This document shows positions 49,326 through 59,638 of a stretch of DNA of 64,000 nt, piece after piece. The notes under the pieces are model-generated. The model did no database searches. It was not told the origin of the DNA and saw only the letters and a list, made by a program, of their open reading frames with translations. Each line of letters begins with the position of its first letter. Within the stretch, counting starts at the first letter, position 1. The position numbers and the translations under genes are program-made. Source of the DNA: an uncultured Candidatus Binatia bacterium (lineage in GTDB: Bacteria; Desulfobacterota; Binatia; UBA9968; JAJDTQ01); assembly GCA_964291295.2 (NCBI GenBank), contig OZ219754.1, positions 1,504,001-1,568,000 on the forward strand, given 5' to 3'.

Positions 49326-51119
49326 ATGAAAAGGACGAGGATACTGATGCACAGGATGATGTACGGGAATCTGGCGACGGTCTTGTGCGCGGTGGTGCTG
49401 GTCATGGGGCTTGCGGCATGCGGCGGCAGCAGCAACACGGCGACGACCCCGGATCCGCCGACGGAAGTCGAGACGGCCCTGACGGAGGCTCAGACGGCGG
49501 CGATGACGGCGTCCGGCAAGGCCAAGACGGCGTCCGACAACGCGGGGACGGCGGCGGATGAGGCGGAAGCGGCGCTTGCGGACCTCATGTCCGTCCATGT
49601 TGCCAAGGGGGAGAAGACGGCGAGGGCCTATGCGGAGGAGGCCCGGACGGCGGCGAACATGGCGAAGGCGGAGTACGACAAGGCCAAGATGGAATCGGAC
49701 AAGGCTGCGGCGACGAACGACGTGAATGTGGCGGCCAAGGCCAAATTGCTGGCCGAGGCGGCGCAGGCGAAGGCCGAGGCTCAGGCGGCGACGGCGGCGG
49801 AGAAGGCGAAGATGGCGAAGGATGCTGCGACCAAGGAGGTCCGGCATGTGGAGGGGATGACCTACGGGTACGGCGACACGACCATCACGGCGGGTGCGCC
49901 CAAGGTCGAAACCACCACCGGGGGCAAGACCGTCACGACCGGCAAGGGAGGCGGCCTGACCGACAATTCACGGACCACCCAACGAAAGGAACCCGTCCCT
50001 TACAAGGCGGCGACCGACAGCACGCCGGAGGTGGCTGGCCAGACGGGGTTCCACCCACGGACCCTCGAGTTCGGTTCCTACAGCGACTCGGAGAAGTCCC
50101 GTCTCTGGTTGGTGACCAAGTATGTCACCAAAAGCAAGGCGGTGAAGTCTTACCGCAGGGCGAAGGACGCCAGCGATCAGCCGATCACGGTGACCGCCAC
50201 GATCACGGCAGAAAACCCGTTCGGCGGGGTCACGGTTGACAGCCAGACCTACAAGGTGATGCGGGCGGAGGGCGAGTTCTATGTTGTCGACACCCAGGAG
50301 GATACGAAATTCGACAAGACGAATTCCTGGGACTGGATCAATGCGGACGCCCCGGACGCGAATGCGGGCGTGGGTGTCTACTACTACACGGATAGCAACG
50401 GGAAGAAGACCTGGCTTCTGCGCACCGGAAACGAGGGAGTCACGGGATTCACCTATCGGCAGATTTTCGTCTATGATGTGCCGGATTTCCCGGAGGCGAA
50501 GCCCTACGAGCACATGAACTACGGCATGTGGCACACGGAGAAGGTCCTCAGCAAGAGGGACCACCTTGGCATTGCATTCGTCCGGGCACTGCCCGGCAAG
50601 GGCCCTACCCCGACTGCCAACATGCCAAGCTCCGGCAGCGCCACCTACAGGGGTCAGGCAGTTTGGCAGAAGCGCGTACAGCACGCTGAGGGCAAAGGAA
50701 GTATCGCCGCTCAGAACGGAAACTCAACCACAACGGTGGATTTCGGGAAAAGCACCATCAAGACCGATATTTTTTGGGATATCCTCGAATATCCAACACA
50801 GGGCGGGGTTGACGGGATTCTCGCCACATTCCACGGGACCATCGACGGGAACGGGTTCTCGGGCAGCAAAGTGACCAATGTCAACGCCGAAGGCGACGGC
50901 TATAATACACCGGGTCTTCCAGCTGCCTCTGCTCCCGACCATCGTAATGCTGTGAAGTTGGCCACGAGCGCGGATGGCAGCAAGTACGAGGTGAGGGAGT
51001 ACAGCGGCCAATTCTTCGGGCCGAACGCCGAAGAGGTGGGCGGCGTGTTCGACATCACGTCCAAGGACAAGAAGAGCGGCGAGTTGCGCGGCACCTTCGG
51101 CGGTCGCAAGACAGAGTAA
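49326..51119 (+). CDS. TbpB-like surface lipoprotein, copy 3
   Basis: Same motifs. Confidence 0.85.
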   Translation: MKRTRILMHRMMYGNLATVLCAVVLVMGLAACGGSSNTATTPDPPTEVETALTEAQTAAMTASGKAKTASDNAGTAADEAEAALADLMSVHVAKGEKTARAYAEEARTAANMAKAEYDKAKMESDKAAATNDVNVAAKAKLLAEAAQAKAEAQAATAAEKAKMAKDAATKEVRHVEGMTYGYGDTTITAGAPKVETTTGGKTVTTGKGGGLTDNSRTTQRKEPVPYKAATDSTPEVAGQTGFHPRTLEFGSYSDSEKSRLWLVTKYVTKSKAVKSYRRAKDASDQPITVTATITAENPFGGVTVDSQTYKVMRAEGEFYVVDTQEDTKFDKTNSWDWINADAPDANAGVGVYYYTDSNGKKTWLLRTGNEGVTGFTYRQIFVYDVPDFPEAKPYEHMNYGMWHTEKVLSKRDHLGIAFVRALPGKGPTPTANMPSSGSATYRGQAVWQKRVQHAEGKGSIAAQNGNSTTTVDFGKSTIKTDIFWDILEYPTQGGVDGILATFHGTIDGNGFSGSKVTNVNAEGDGYNTPGLPAASAPDHRNAVKLATSADGSKYEVREYSGQFFGPNAEEVGGVFDITSKDKKSGELRGTFGGRKTE

Positions 51120-51237
51120 CAGGCCGCCGTCATCGGCGGCGGTTCACGGAGCGGGGCGCCCGATCCATCTCCGGGTCGAGGGAAGTTTCATGGCATCGTG
51201 TCAAGGCCGCTTTTGAAGGGGACAGGGGAGATCGGTA

Positions 51238-53064
51238 ATGAAAAGGACGAGGATACTGATGTACAGGAATCCGGCGACGAGCTTGTGCGCGGTGGTGCTG
51301 GCCGTCGGGCTTGCGGCATGCGGCGGCAGCAGCAACAACAACCGGACCCCGGAGACTACCCCCCCCCCCCCCCCCCCCCCGCTGACGGAAGTTGAGACGA
51401 TTCTGAAGGAGGCTCGGACGGCGGCCATGACGGCATCCGGCAAGGCCATGACGGCGTCCGACAACGCCGGGACGTCGGCCGATGAGGCGGAAACGGCGAC
51501 CATGGGTCTCATGTTCCTCCATACTCCCAAGGGCGCCATGACGGCGAAGAGCTACGCAGATGCGGCCCGGACGGCGGCGAACATGGCGAAGGCGGAGTAC
51601 GACAAGGCCAAGATGGAGTCGGACAAGGCCGCGGCGACGGATGACGTGCGTGCGGCGACCAAGGCCAAAGTCGCAGCCGAGGCCGCGCAGGCGCAGGCCG
51701 AGGCTCAGGCGGCGACGGCAGCGGAAAAGGCGAAGATGGCCACGGAAGCCGCAGCCAGGGAGGTCCGGCACGTTGAGGGGATGACCTACGAGTACGGCGG
51801 CACGCGCATCACCGCAGGTGCCCCCAAGGTCACGGTCAAGACCGGCGGCAAGACGGTGGAGAGCGGCAAGGCCGGCGACCTCACGGACGACTCAACTCGT
51901 CACTCAAAGGACCCCGTCGCCTATGTGGCGGCAACCGAGAACAAGCCGGAGGTGGCTGCCCGGACGGGATTCTATGGACGCCTAATCACGATCGGTTCCT
52001 ACACCGACTCGGAGCAGATCGGTTCCGGCATCGACTCGGAGGAGCTGGGTTCCATCACCGAATCGGAGCAGTTCCGTCTCTGGCTGGTCCACAAGTATGT
52101 CACCAACACCAAGGCGGTGAAGGCCTACCGCAAGGACAGCGGCACGAACGGTGCCGAGTTCACGGCCCCGGTCACGGCAGAAAACCCGTTCGGCTCGCGC
52201 ACCGTTGACAGCAAGACCTACAAGATCATGCGGGCGGAGGGCGAGTTCTATCGTGTCGACACCGATGAGCACACGAAATTCGACAAGACGAATGCCAATG
52301 ACTGGATCAATGTGACGCACACGGACGCGAATGCGGGCGTGGGAGTCTACTATTACACGGATAGCAGCGGGAAAAAGGTCTATCTTCTGAGCACCGGAGC
52401 CGATGGTGCCACGGGACTCAAGTACCGCCCGTTGCTCGTCTACGATGTGCCGGATTTCCCGGAGGCGAAACCCTACGAGCACGTCAACTTCGGCATGTGG
52501 AACAAGAGGTCAAACCGGACCCACCTTGGCATCACATTCGTCCGGGCGCTGCCGGGCAAGGGGCCGACCCCGACTGCCAACATGCCAAGCTTCGGCACCG
52601 CCACCTACGAGGGCCATGCAGTTTTGCAACGCCGCGGTCCGAACAACGCTCCAACCGTCGGCGGTCGGGATGGACCCGCAACCACAACGGTGGATTTCGG
52701 GGAAAGCACCATCAAGACGGAAATTCGCATAGTGGCTTTCTTTCCGAATCCTGCCAAAGATAGCCACGGACATCTCTTGCATTTTGCCACACTCCACGGA
52801 ACCATCGACGGCAACCGGTTCTCGGGCAGTAAAGTGACCAATGTCAACACCACAACAACCGGTGCCGGCGGATTCACCCCCGCCCAACTTCGTGACATTG
52901 TGAACTTGGCCATGAGCGAAGACGGCAGCCTGTACGAGTTGAGGGAGTACAGCGGGCATTTCTTCGGACCGAACGGTGAAGAGGTGGGCGGCGTGTTCGA
53001 GGTGACGTCCAAGGACAAGAAGAGCGGCGAGTTTCGCGGCTCCTTCGGCGGCCGCAGGGAGTAA
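51238..53064 (+). CDS. TbpB-like surface lipoprotein, copy 4 (most divergent; contains poly-C)
   Basis: Same motifs; C22 tract encoding poly-Pro. Confidence 0.85.
   Translation: MKRTRILMYRNPATSLCAVVLAVGLAACGGSSNNNRTPETTPPPPPPPLTEVETILKEARTAAMTASGKAMTASDNAGTSADEAETATMGLMFLHTPKGAMTAKSYADAARTAANMAKAEYDKAKMESDKAAATDDVRAATKAKVAAEAAQAQAEAQAATAAEKAKMATEAAAREVRHVEGMTYEYGGTRITAGAPKVTVKTGGKTVESGKAGDLTDDSTRHSKDPVAYVAATENKPEVAARTGFYGRLITIGSYTDSEQIGSGIDSEELGSITESEQFRLWLVHKYVTNTKAVKAYRKDSGTNGAEFTAPVTAENPFGSRTVDSKTYKIMRAEGEFYRVDTDEHTKFDKTNANDWINVTHTDANAGVGVYYYTDSSGKKVYLLSTGADGATGLKYRPLLVYDVPDFPEAKPYEHVNFGMWNKRSNRTHLGITFVRALPGKGPTPTANMPSFGTATYEGHAVLQRRGPNNAPTVGGRDGPATTTVDFGESTIKTEIRIVAFFPNPAKDSHGHLLHFATLHGTIDGNRFSGSKVTNVNTTTTGAGGFTPAQLRDIVNLAMSEDGSLYELREYSGHFFGPNGEEVGGVFEVTSKDKKSGEFRGSFGGRRE
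51359..51380 (+). repeat. Homopolymeric C22 tract
   Basis: 22 consecutive C. Confidence 0.9.
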
Positions 53065-53098
53065 CGGGCCGCCGTCACCGGCGGTGATTCACGCAGCA

Positions 53099-53140
53099 GG
53101 GCGCCCGATCCATCTACGGATCGGGCGCCCCTTCTTTTTT
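53099..53140 (+). terminator. Intrinsic terminator after the lipoprotein array
   Basis: 13-bp stem GGGCGCCCGATCC/GGATCGGGCGCCC followed by CTTCTTTTTT. Confidence 0.85.
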
Positions 53141-53176
53141 CGACGAATGTCAAGCGGAATGACCGCCGGATCAGGC

Positions 53177-53205
53177 TTGACCGGTCTCCGGGGATGTTCT
53201 AAAAG
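53177..53205 (+). promoter_or_regulatory. Putative sigma70 promoter for gltA
   Basis: TTGACC-N17-TAAAAG. Confidence 0.4.
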
Positions 53206-53271
53206 TGCTACTTTCCCAAGTCGCGGACCGAGAGGAACGACCCAAGAGGAAAGAGCCGAGAGGAACGAGGT

Positions 53272-54600
53272 ATGACGGCAGACACCTTGACCGTGACCGA
53301 CAATCGGACGGGGACATCCTACGAGATCCCCATCGAGAACGGCGCCATCAATGCTTCCCATCTTCGCCAGATCAAGTCTTCGGAGGGTGATTTCGGCCTG
53401 ATGAGCTACGACCCGGGCTTTCTGAACACGGCCTCATGCCACAGCCGCATCACGTTCATCGACGGTGATCTGGGTATCCTGCGCTATCGCGGATACCCCA
53501 TCGAGCAGTTGGCGGAGGAAAGCTCCTATCTGGAGACCACCTATCTGATCTTCCACGGCGAGTTGCCCACCGCCGCCGGCCTGGAAGACTGGAGCTGGAA
53601 CATCAACCATCACACGCTGCTCCACGAGAACGTCAAGAAGTTCATCGACGGTTTCAAGTACGACGCCCACCCCATGGGCACGCTGATAAGCGCCATCGCG
53701 GCGCTGTCGACCTTCTATCCCGACGCCAAGGATATCTCCGACCCCGAGTCACGGCACCGGCAGGTCCATCGGCTGATGGGCAAGATCCCCACCCTGGCGG
53801 CCTTCGTGTATCGCCACCGCATGGGGCTCCCCTATGCCTATCCGGACAACGACCTCAGCTACACCGGCAATTTCCTCAACATGCTTTACAAGATGACGGA
53901 GCTCAAGTACGCGCCGGACCCGGTGCTGGAGAAGGCTCTGGATGTGCTCTTCATCCTGCACGCGGACCACGAGCAGAACTGCAGCACCAACGCCATGCGC
54001 AGCGTCGGCAGCTCCCAGACCGACCCCTACTCGGCCTTGGCCGGCGCCGCCGCGGCGCTTTACGGACCGCTCCACGGCGGCGCCAACGAGATGGTGCTGC
54101 GCATGCTGGAGGAGATCGGCTCGAAGGACAAGGTGCCGGCGTTCATCAAGGGAGTGAAGGCCGGCGAAGGGCGCCTCATGGGCTTCGGGCATCGTGTCTA
54201 CAAGAACTATGACCCCCGCGCCAAGGTCATCAAGCGGGTGGCGGACCAGGTGTTCGAGGTGACCGGGCGCAATCCGTTGCTGGACATCGCCCTGGAACTG
54301 GAGCGCATCGCCCTGGAAGATGACTACTTCGTTCAGCGCAAGCTCTATCCCAACGTCGACTTCTACTCCGGACTCATCTACCAGTCCATGGGACTGCCCG
54401 TGAGCATGTTCCCGGTGCTGTTCGCCATCGCCCGGACTTCGGGCTGGCTTGCCCAGTGGATCGAGATGCTGGAGGACCCCGAGCAGAAGCTGGCACGCCC
54501 GCGGCAGCTTTATCTCGGCCCGGAGGTCCGCGATTACGTGCCCATGAACCGCCGGCAGGCGGCCCAGGCGCCCCCGACACCGGCCATCCCGCGCGCGTGA
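53272..54600 (+). CDS. gltA: Citrate synthase
   Basis: HADHEQNCST, GPLHGGAN, GFGHRVYKNYDPR, YPNVDFYSG. Confidence 0.97.
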   Translation: MTADTLTVTDNRTGTSYEIPIENGAINASHLRQIKSSEGDFGLMSYDPGFLNTASCHSRITFIDGDLGILRYRGYPIEQLAEESSYLETTYLIFHGELPTAAGLEDWSWNINHHTLLHENVKKFIDGFKYDAHPMGTLISAIAALSTFYPDAKDISDPESRHRQVHRLMGKIPTLAAFVYRHRMGLPYAYPDNDLSYTGNFLNMLYKMTELKYAPDPVLEKALDVLFILHADHEQNCSTNAMRSVGSSQTDPYSALAGAAAALYGPLHGGANEMVLRMLEEIGSKDKVPAFIKGVKAGEGRLMGFGHRVYKNYDPRAKVIKRVADQVFEVTGRNPLLDIALELERIALEDDYFVQRKLYPNVDFYSGLIYQSMGLPVSMFPVLFAIARTSGWLAQWIEMLEDPEQKLARPRQLYLGPEVRDYVPMNRRQAAQAPPTPAIPRA

Positions 54601-54607
54601 ACTCCCC

Positions 54608-55489
54608 ATGACCACCCGCTGCGTGACCCTGGGTCTGATCCAGTCCAGGGCGGGGCCGGATCCGCACCGCAATCTCGCCGCCGCCGCACGGCGCATCCGG
54701 CTTGCCGCAGGGGAGGGCGCCAGGATCGTGTGCGTCCAGGAATTGTTTCGCTCGCGCTATTTCCCGCAGGCTGAGGAGACGGCGGCCTTTTCCCTGGCGG
54801 AGTCCATTCCCGGCCCTACCACCGACTGTTTCCGTCCTCTGGCCCGGGAGCTGGAAGTGGTGGTCGTGGCCTCGGTGTTCGAGGCCCGGGCGCCCGGCGT
54901 CTACCACAACACCGCGGTGGTCATCGATGCGGACGGAGCAATCCTGGGCAAGTATCGCAAGATGCATATCCCGGACGATCCGGGCTTCTACGAGAAGTTC
55001 TATTTCACCCCTGGCGATCTGGGGTTCCGCACGTTCAAGACCCGTTACGCGCAGGTGGGCGTCCTGATCTGCTGGGATCAGTGGTTTCCGGAGGCGGCGC
55101 GGCTGGCGGCGCTGGCCGGGGCGGAGATACTGTTCTGCCCCACCGCGGTGGGCTGGGGTGCCGGAGAGACCCGGGCCGCGCGCCAGGCCCAGCTCGAAGC
55201 CTGGGAACTCGTGCAGCGATCCCACGCCGTGACCAACGGTGTCTACGTGGCCGCCGTCAACCGGGTGGGGCGTGAGGAGAAGATCACCTTCTGGGGCGCT
55301 TCCTTTGCCGCGGACCCTGCCGGCCGCGTGCTGGCGCGTGCCGCAAGGAACCGGCCGGAGACCCTGCGGGTAGACTGCGACCTCGGGGCGATCGCGGAGG
55401 CCCGCCACAACTGGCCCTTCCTGCGGGACCGGCGCATCGATGCCTACGGCGGCCTTACCGGCCACGGCACCGATGGTCCGGCGGGCTGA
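54608..55489 (+). CDS. aguB: N-carbamoylputrescine amidase (nitrilase family)
   Basis: QELF, YRKMHIPDDPGFYEKFYF, ICWDQWFPE; adjacent to agmatine deiminase. Confidence 0.85.
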   Translation: MTTRCVTLGLIQSRAGPDPHRNLAAAARRIRLAAGEGARIVCVQELFRSRYFPQAEETAAFSLAESIPGPTTDCFRPLARELEVVVVASVFEARAPGVYHNTAVVIDADGAILGKYRKMHIPDDPGFYEKFYFTPGDLGFRTFKTRYAQVGVLICWDQWFPEAARLAALAGAEILFCPTAVGWGAGETRAARQAQLEAWELVQRSHAVTNGVYVAAVNRVGREEKITFWGASFAADPAGRVLARAARNRPETLRVDCDLGAIAEARHNWPFLRDRRIDAYGGLTGHGTDGPAG

Positions 55490-55492
55490 AAC

Positions 55493-56605
55493 ATGCCGCG
55501 GTCCGGGGGCGGTGAAGCGGGCCGGGCCGCCGGCACGGGCGGGGCCGGGGACGCCGCCGGACCGGCGGCCGCCCGGCGCGCGGGCTGCCGGATGCCCGCG
55601 GAATGGGAGCCCCACGCCTCCACCTGGCTCGCATGGCCGCACAATCCGGACACTTGGCCGGAGGACTTGGCGCGGGTGCGCCGGACCTGGGTGGAGATGA
55701 TCCGGGCGCTGGCGGGCGGCGAAAGGGTGGACCTGCTGGTCAACGACGCCGGCGCCGAGGTCGAGGCCGCGGCGGAACTGCGCCGGGGCGGCGTGGATAC
55801 CGACCGCGTGGCGTTTCACCGCATCCCGACCGTGGACGTGTGGATCCGCGACTACGGGCCGACCTTCATCACCCGCGCCGGGTCGCTGGCCCTGGTCAAC
55901 TGGCACTTCAATGCATGGGGGATGAAGTACCCGGAGTACGCGGCCGACGACGTCGTGCCGCTGCGCATCAATGAATCCCTGGGCCTGCCCGGATTAACCC
56001 CCGGAATCGTGTTGGAGGGGGGCTCCATCGAGGTCAACGGCGCCGGTCTCTGTCTGGCAACCGAGTCGTGCCTGCTCAATCCCAACCGCAACCGGGGTTG
56101 TGGCCGGGAGGAGATCGAGGCGCGGCTGCGGGCTGCGCTGGGGGTACGGCGCATCCTGTGGCTGCCCGCCGGCATGGCGGGTGACGACACCGACGGCCAC
56201 ATCGACAATCTTGCCCGTTTCGTGGATGCCGCCACGGTGGTGTGCGTGGTGGAGCAGGATCCGCGGGACGTGAACTACCGCGCGCTCCAGGAGAACCGCC
56301 GCTGTCTCGGGTTGGCCACGGACGCCCGCGGCCGCCGGCTGCGGGTCGTGCCGTTGCCGCAACCCGGCCCGGTGACCGCCGGCGGGTTGCGGCTGCCGGC
56401 CAGCTATGCGAACTTCTTCATCGCCAACGGCGTCGTGCTGGTGCCCCTCTTCGGCGGTCCGGAGGACGGCGCGGCCCTGGAGACGCTGGCCGGGCTGTTC
56501 CCGGGCCGGCGGGTGGCCGGCATCGACGCGCGGGCGCTGATCCTTGGCCGGGGCGGCATCCACTGCGTCACCCAGCAGCAGCCCGTGACCGGCTGCGGGC
56601 CGTGA
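55493..56605 (+). CDS. aguA: Agmatine deiminase
   Basis: MPAEWEPH, WIRDYGP, LEGGSI, DTDGHID, GGIHCVTQQ. Confidence 0.92.
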   Translation: MPRSGGGEAGRAAGTGGAGDAAGPAAARRAGCRMPAEWEPHASTWLAWPHNPDTWPEDLARVRRTWVEMIRALAGGERVDLLVNDAGAEVEAAAELRRGGVDTDRVAFHRIPTVDVWIRDYGPTFITRAGSLALVNWHFNAWGMKYPEYAADDVVPLRINESLGLPGLTPGIVLEGGSIEVNGAGLCLATESCLLNPNRNRGCGREEIEARLRAALGVRRILWLPAGMAGDDTDGHIDNLARFVDAATVVCVVEQDPRDVNYRALQENRRCLGLATDARGRRLRVVPLPQPGPVTAGGLRLPASYANFFIANGVVLVPLFGGPEDGAALETLAGLFPGRRVAGIDARALILGRGGIHCVTQQQPVTGCGP

Positions 56606-56648
56606 CCCGCGGCAGCCCCCTTGACTTGACGGTCGGCCCGGTGTGATC

Positions 56649-56897
56649 TCACCAGATCATGCGCTGGACCCGGTAGTGGGCCTGAACGTATTCCTTGGCC
56701 GCGGTTTCGGCCGCCTCGGCCGTTTCGCCCTGGAAACGGAGCGGCATGCCCGAATGGGCCAGTACGAGGCAGGCATCGGCCAGCACGCCGCCGCCGATGA
56801 GGATCGGGTAGGCGGACCAGGAGCCGCCGTTTTCCACCGACCGGATCTCGACCCGGACAACGCCGTCGATGGAAGGGACGTGGATGTCGAATCTCAT
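56649..56897 (-). CDS. Hypothetical protein
   Basis: Compact ORF with plausible codon usage; no family recognised. Confidence 0.45.
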   Translation of the reverse strand: MRFDIHVPSIDGVVRVEIRSVENGGSWSAYPILIGGGVLADACLVLAHSGMPLRFQGETAEAAETAAKEYVQAHYRVQRMIW

Positions 56898-56980
56898 GCG
56901 GCACGAGTCTGACGTCTGGACGAAGTCAAGTCAAGGCGGCCGAGGACCGTGTGACGCAACGTGAATGAAAGGCGGGCACC

Positions 56981-57361
56981 GTGCCGACGCAACCCGGCAG
57001 ACAGATAGAGACCATTCCCAATCCGCGCCAGGACCGGGACTACGAGGTGGCCATGGAGTGTCCGGAGTTCACCTGCGTGTGCCCCAGAACCGGACAACCG
57101 GACTTCGCCACCATCCGCATCCGTTACGTGCCTGGTCCGCGCTGCATCGAACTGCTGTCGCTCAAGCTCTATCTCTGGTCGTTTCGTGAGGAGGGCGTCT
57201 TTCACGAGGATGTGGTCAACCGGATCCTGGACGATCTGGTGGCGGCCTGTGCGCCCAGATACATGAGCGTCACCGGCGACTTCAATGTCCGGGGCGGTAT
57301 CCATACGGTGGTGACCGCGGACCACGGAAGGGCGCCGGGGACTCCAACCGGGAGTCCGTGA
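56981..57361 (+). CDS. queF: preQ1 synthase QueF (type I)
   Basis: [32 protein letters not shown]. Confidence 0.93.
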   Translation: MPTQPGRQIETIPNPRQDRDYEVAMECPEFTCVCPRTGQPDFATIRIRYVPGPRCIELLSLKLYLWSFREEGVFHEDVVNRILDDLVAACAPRYMSVTGDFNVRGGIHTVVTADHGRAPGTPTGSP

Positions 57362-58734
57362 CCATGGCGGACGTGACCGAAGGTCTTCACAGGCTCCCGC
57401 CGCAGAATCTGGAGGCGGAGGCATCGATTCTCGGCGGCGTACTGCTGGACAACGAGGCCATCAACACGGTCGTCGAGCTGGTCGGTTCCGACGACCTCTA
57501 CCGGGAGTCGCACCGCAAGATCTATCGCGCCATGGTGGAGCTCTGGGACCGCAACGAGCCGGTGGACCTGATCACCCTGAGCGACCACCTGAAGGCCCGG
57601 GGCGAGCTGGAAGGGGTGGGCGGGTCCGCCTATCTCGCGGAGTTGGCGGGCCAGGTGCCCACCGCCGCCAACATCGCCTGGTACGCGCGGATCGTGAGGG
57701 AGAAGGCCATTCTCCGGCACCTGATCCGCACCTCCACCGATATCGCCACCCGCGGCCTGGAAGATCGAGGCGATGTCGACAGCTTCCTCGACGACGCCGA
57801 GCGGGCCATCTTCGACATCTCGGAAAAGCGCATCCGCTCGTCCTTCGTTCGGGTCGGCGACGTCATGAAGGGCACCATCGAGAAGGTCAACGAACTCTTC
57901 CAGCGCAAGGAGATGATCACCGGTGTGGCCACCGGTTATCGCGACCTCGACCGGCTGACCGCGGGGTTCCAGCCGTCGGACCTGCTCATCGTGGCCGGCC
58001 GCCCGGGTATGGGAAAGACCGCGTTCGCACTCAACATCGCGGTGAATGCGGCGCTGCACGGCATCGGCGTGGCGATCTTCTCCCTGGAGATGGCGATGGA
58101 ACAGCTGGTCCTTCGGATGCTCTGCGCGGAGGCGCGCGTGGACAACGCCAGGCTGCGGACCGGTTATCTCAGGGATGCCGAGTTTCCCGCGCTGGTGAGG
58201 GCCGCCGGGCGGCTGGCGGACGCGCCGGTCTACATCGACGACACGCCCGCGGCGACGGTGCTGGAGGTGCGCGCCAAGACCCGGCGGCTGCTGCGCGACC
58301 GCAGCCGCCGCATCGGCCTGGTGGTCATCGACTACCTTCAGCTCATGCGCGCCCACCGCGACTCGCCCAACCGGGAGCAGGAAATCTCGGAGATCTCCCG
58401 CTCCCTCAAGGCCTTGGCCAAGGAGTTGAACGTCCCCGTCGTGGCCCTTTCGCAGCTCAACCGGCGGGTGGAGGAACGGGGCGACAAGCGGCCGGTGATG
58501 GCCGACCTGCGGGAGTCCGGCGCCATCGAGCAGGACGCCGACGTGATCATGTTCGTCTTCCGGGAAGAAGCCTACGACGCCGCCAAGAATCCGGGTGTCG
58601 CCGAGATCATCATCGCCAAGCAGCGCAACGGTCCGGTGGATACCCTCAAGCTCGCTTTCCTGAAGGAGTACACCAAGTTCGAGGACTACTCCGGACGTGA
58701 CGACGAAGGCTACTCGGACGCCGGGCAATTCTAG
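57358..58734 (+). CDS. dnaB: Replicative DNA helicase DnaB
   Basis: [35 protein letters not shown]. Confidence 0.97.
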   Translation: MTMADVTEGLHRLPPQNLEAEASILGGVLLDNEAINTVVELVGSDDLYRESHRKIYRAMVELWDRNEPVDLITLSDHLKARGELEGVGGSAYLAELAGQVPTAANIAWYARIVREKAILRHLIRTSTDIATRGLEDRGDVDSFLDDAERAIFDISEKRIRSSFVRVGDVMKGTIEKVNELFQRKEMITGVATGYRDLDRLTAGFQPSDLLIVAGRPGMGKTAFALNIAVNAALHGIGVAIFSLEMAMEQLVLRMLCAEARVDNARLRTGYLRDAEFPALVRAAGRLADAPVYIDDTPAATVLEVRAKTRRLLRDRSRRIGLVVIDYLQLMRAHRDSPNREQEISEISRSLKALAKELNVPVVALSQLNRRVEERGDKRPVMADLRESGAIEQDADVIMFVFREEAYDAAKNPGVAEIIIAKQRNGPVDTLKLAFLKEYTKFEDYSGRDDEGYSDAGQF

Positions 58735-59482
58735 CCCAAGTTTACCACCCTCTACAATATCTTGTTATATATCAGACGGTTACGATAGGCAGAAGCGGCG
58801 AGTGGCACTGCAAGCGGGTGTTTGAAGGTCTGCGACACGAGGTTTTTGCGGGTTCGTCCGGGAGCGGGATCAATGCCACGGGCTTTGTAGATGGCCTGCT
58901 GGGTTGGTCCGGCGCGGGTCGCCTTGCGCACGTGGAGCATGACGGTGGGTTCAATTTCGAACAGGTCCATGGCCCGGTCGAACAGATGCGGCTTGATGAC
59001 GTCGCGGTGGGCCATCAGGGCATCGGAGGCGCGATACAGCCGCATGGGTCCCATGGTGGCGAACTCCCACCCCGAGCAGTTCGCCCAAGGCGATGCGTTC
59101 GCCAAGCCAGCGCCGGGTGGCGCGCTCTGTGCCATGCGCGCGATGATTGTGCCGATGGCGACAGCGCGAATCGACGCGCCGAGGCCGAGTTGGTCGAGCA
59201 GGGTGCGCAGGCCGAGTTGGTCCATGGCCCACGTGCTCGATGCCCACCGAGCGTGGCCGAACCAACTCCAGGGAGTCGACATCCACGCTCTGGAGGTCGC
59301 CCCCTGGATTGCGGCTCAGCCGCGGTGTCGACGCGCTCCCGGGCGAGGAGTTGGGAGGTGATGCGTTGGGCGTGGGTTTCGAGTGCTGGGGGACAGCCAG
59401 AGGACAGAGGGAGTTGGCCGGCAAGCACGGCAAAATTCGCGCTGATTCCTGCCCTCCCCCGACTCCGGGTGGTAAAGTTGGG
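58735..59482 (-). mobile_element. Internally deleted IS1634-like element
   Basis: IRs CCCAAGTTTACCACCC / GGGTGGTAAAGTTGGG (15/16 match); transposase fragments RLYRASDAL..H....HLF and HVRKATRA...AIY. Confidence 0.75.
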
Positions 59483-59638
59483 GTGACGGTGAGAATCCAG
59501 GAACACATGCTCAAGCAGATCGACGCGTCTCTCGATCAGGAGGACGTGCCGGTCTCACGCAACCACTGGATCATTGAGGCGTTTGTGGAGAACCTCAGAC
59601 GAACCGACGCCGGAGGTGGATCAAATGGCGCGCGGTGA
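59483..59638 (+). pseudogene. 5'-truncated ribbon-helix-helix (CopG-like) regulator
   Basis: VTVRIQEHMLKQID...VSRNHWIIEA; overlaps the ATPase start. Confidence 0.5.

Noticed and set aside
45481-53064. Diversity-generating retroelement acting on the lipoproteins
   Set aside because: No reverse transcriptase or template repeat in the window; inspected differences are not adenine-specific and include indels
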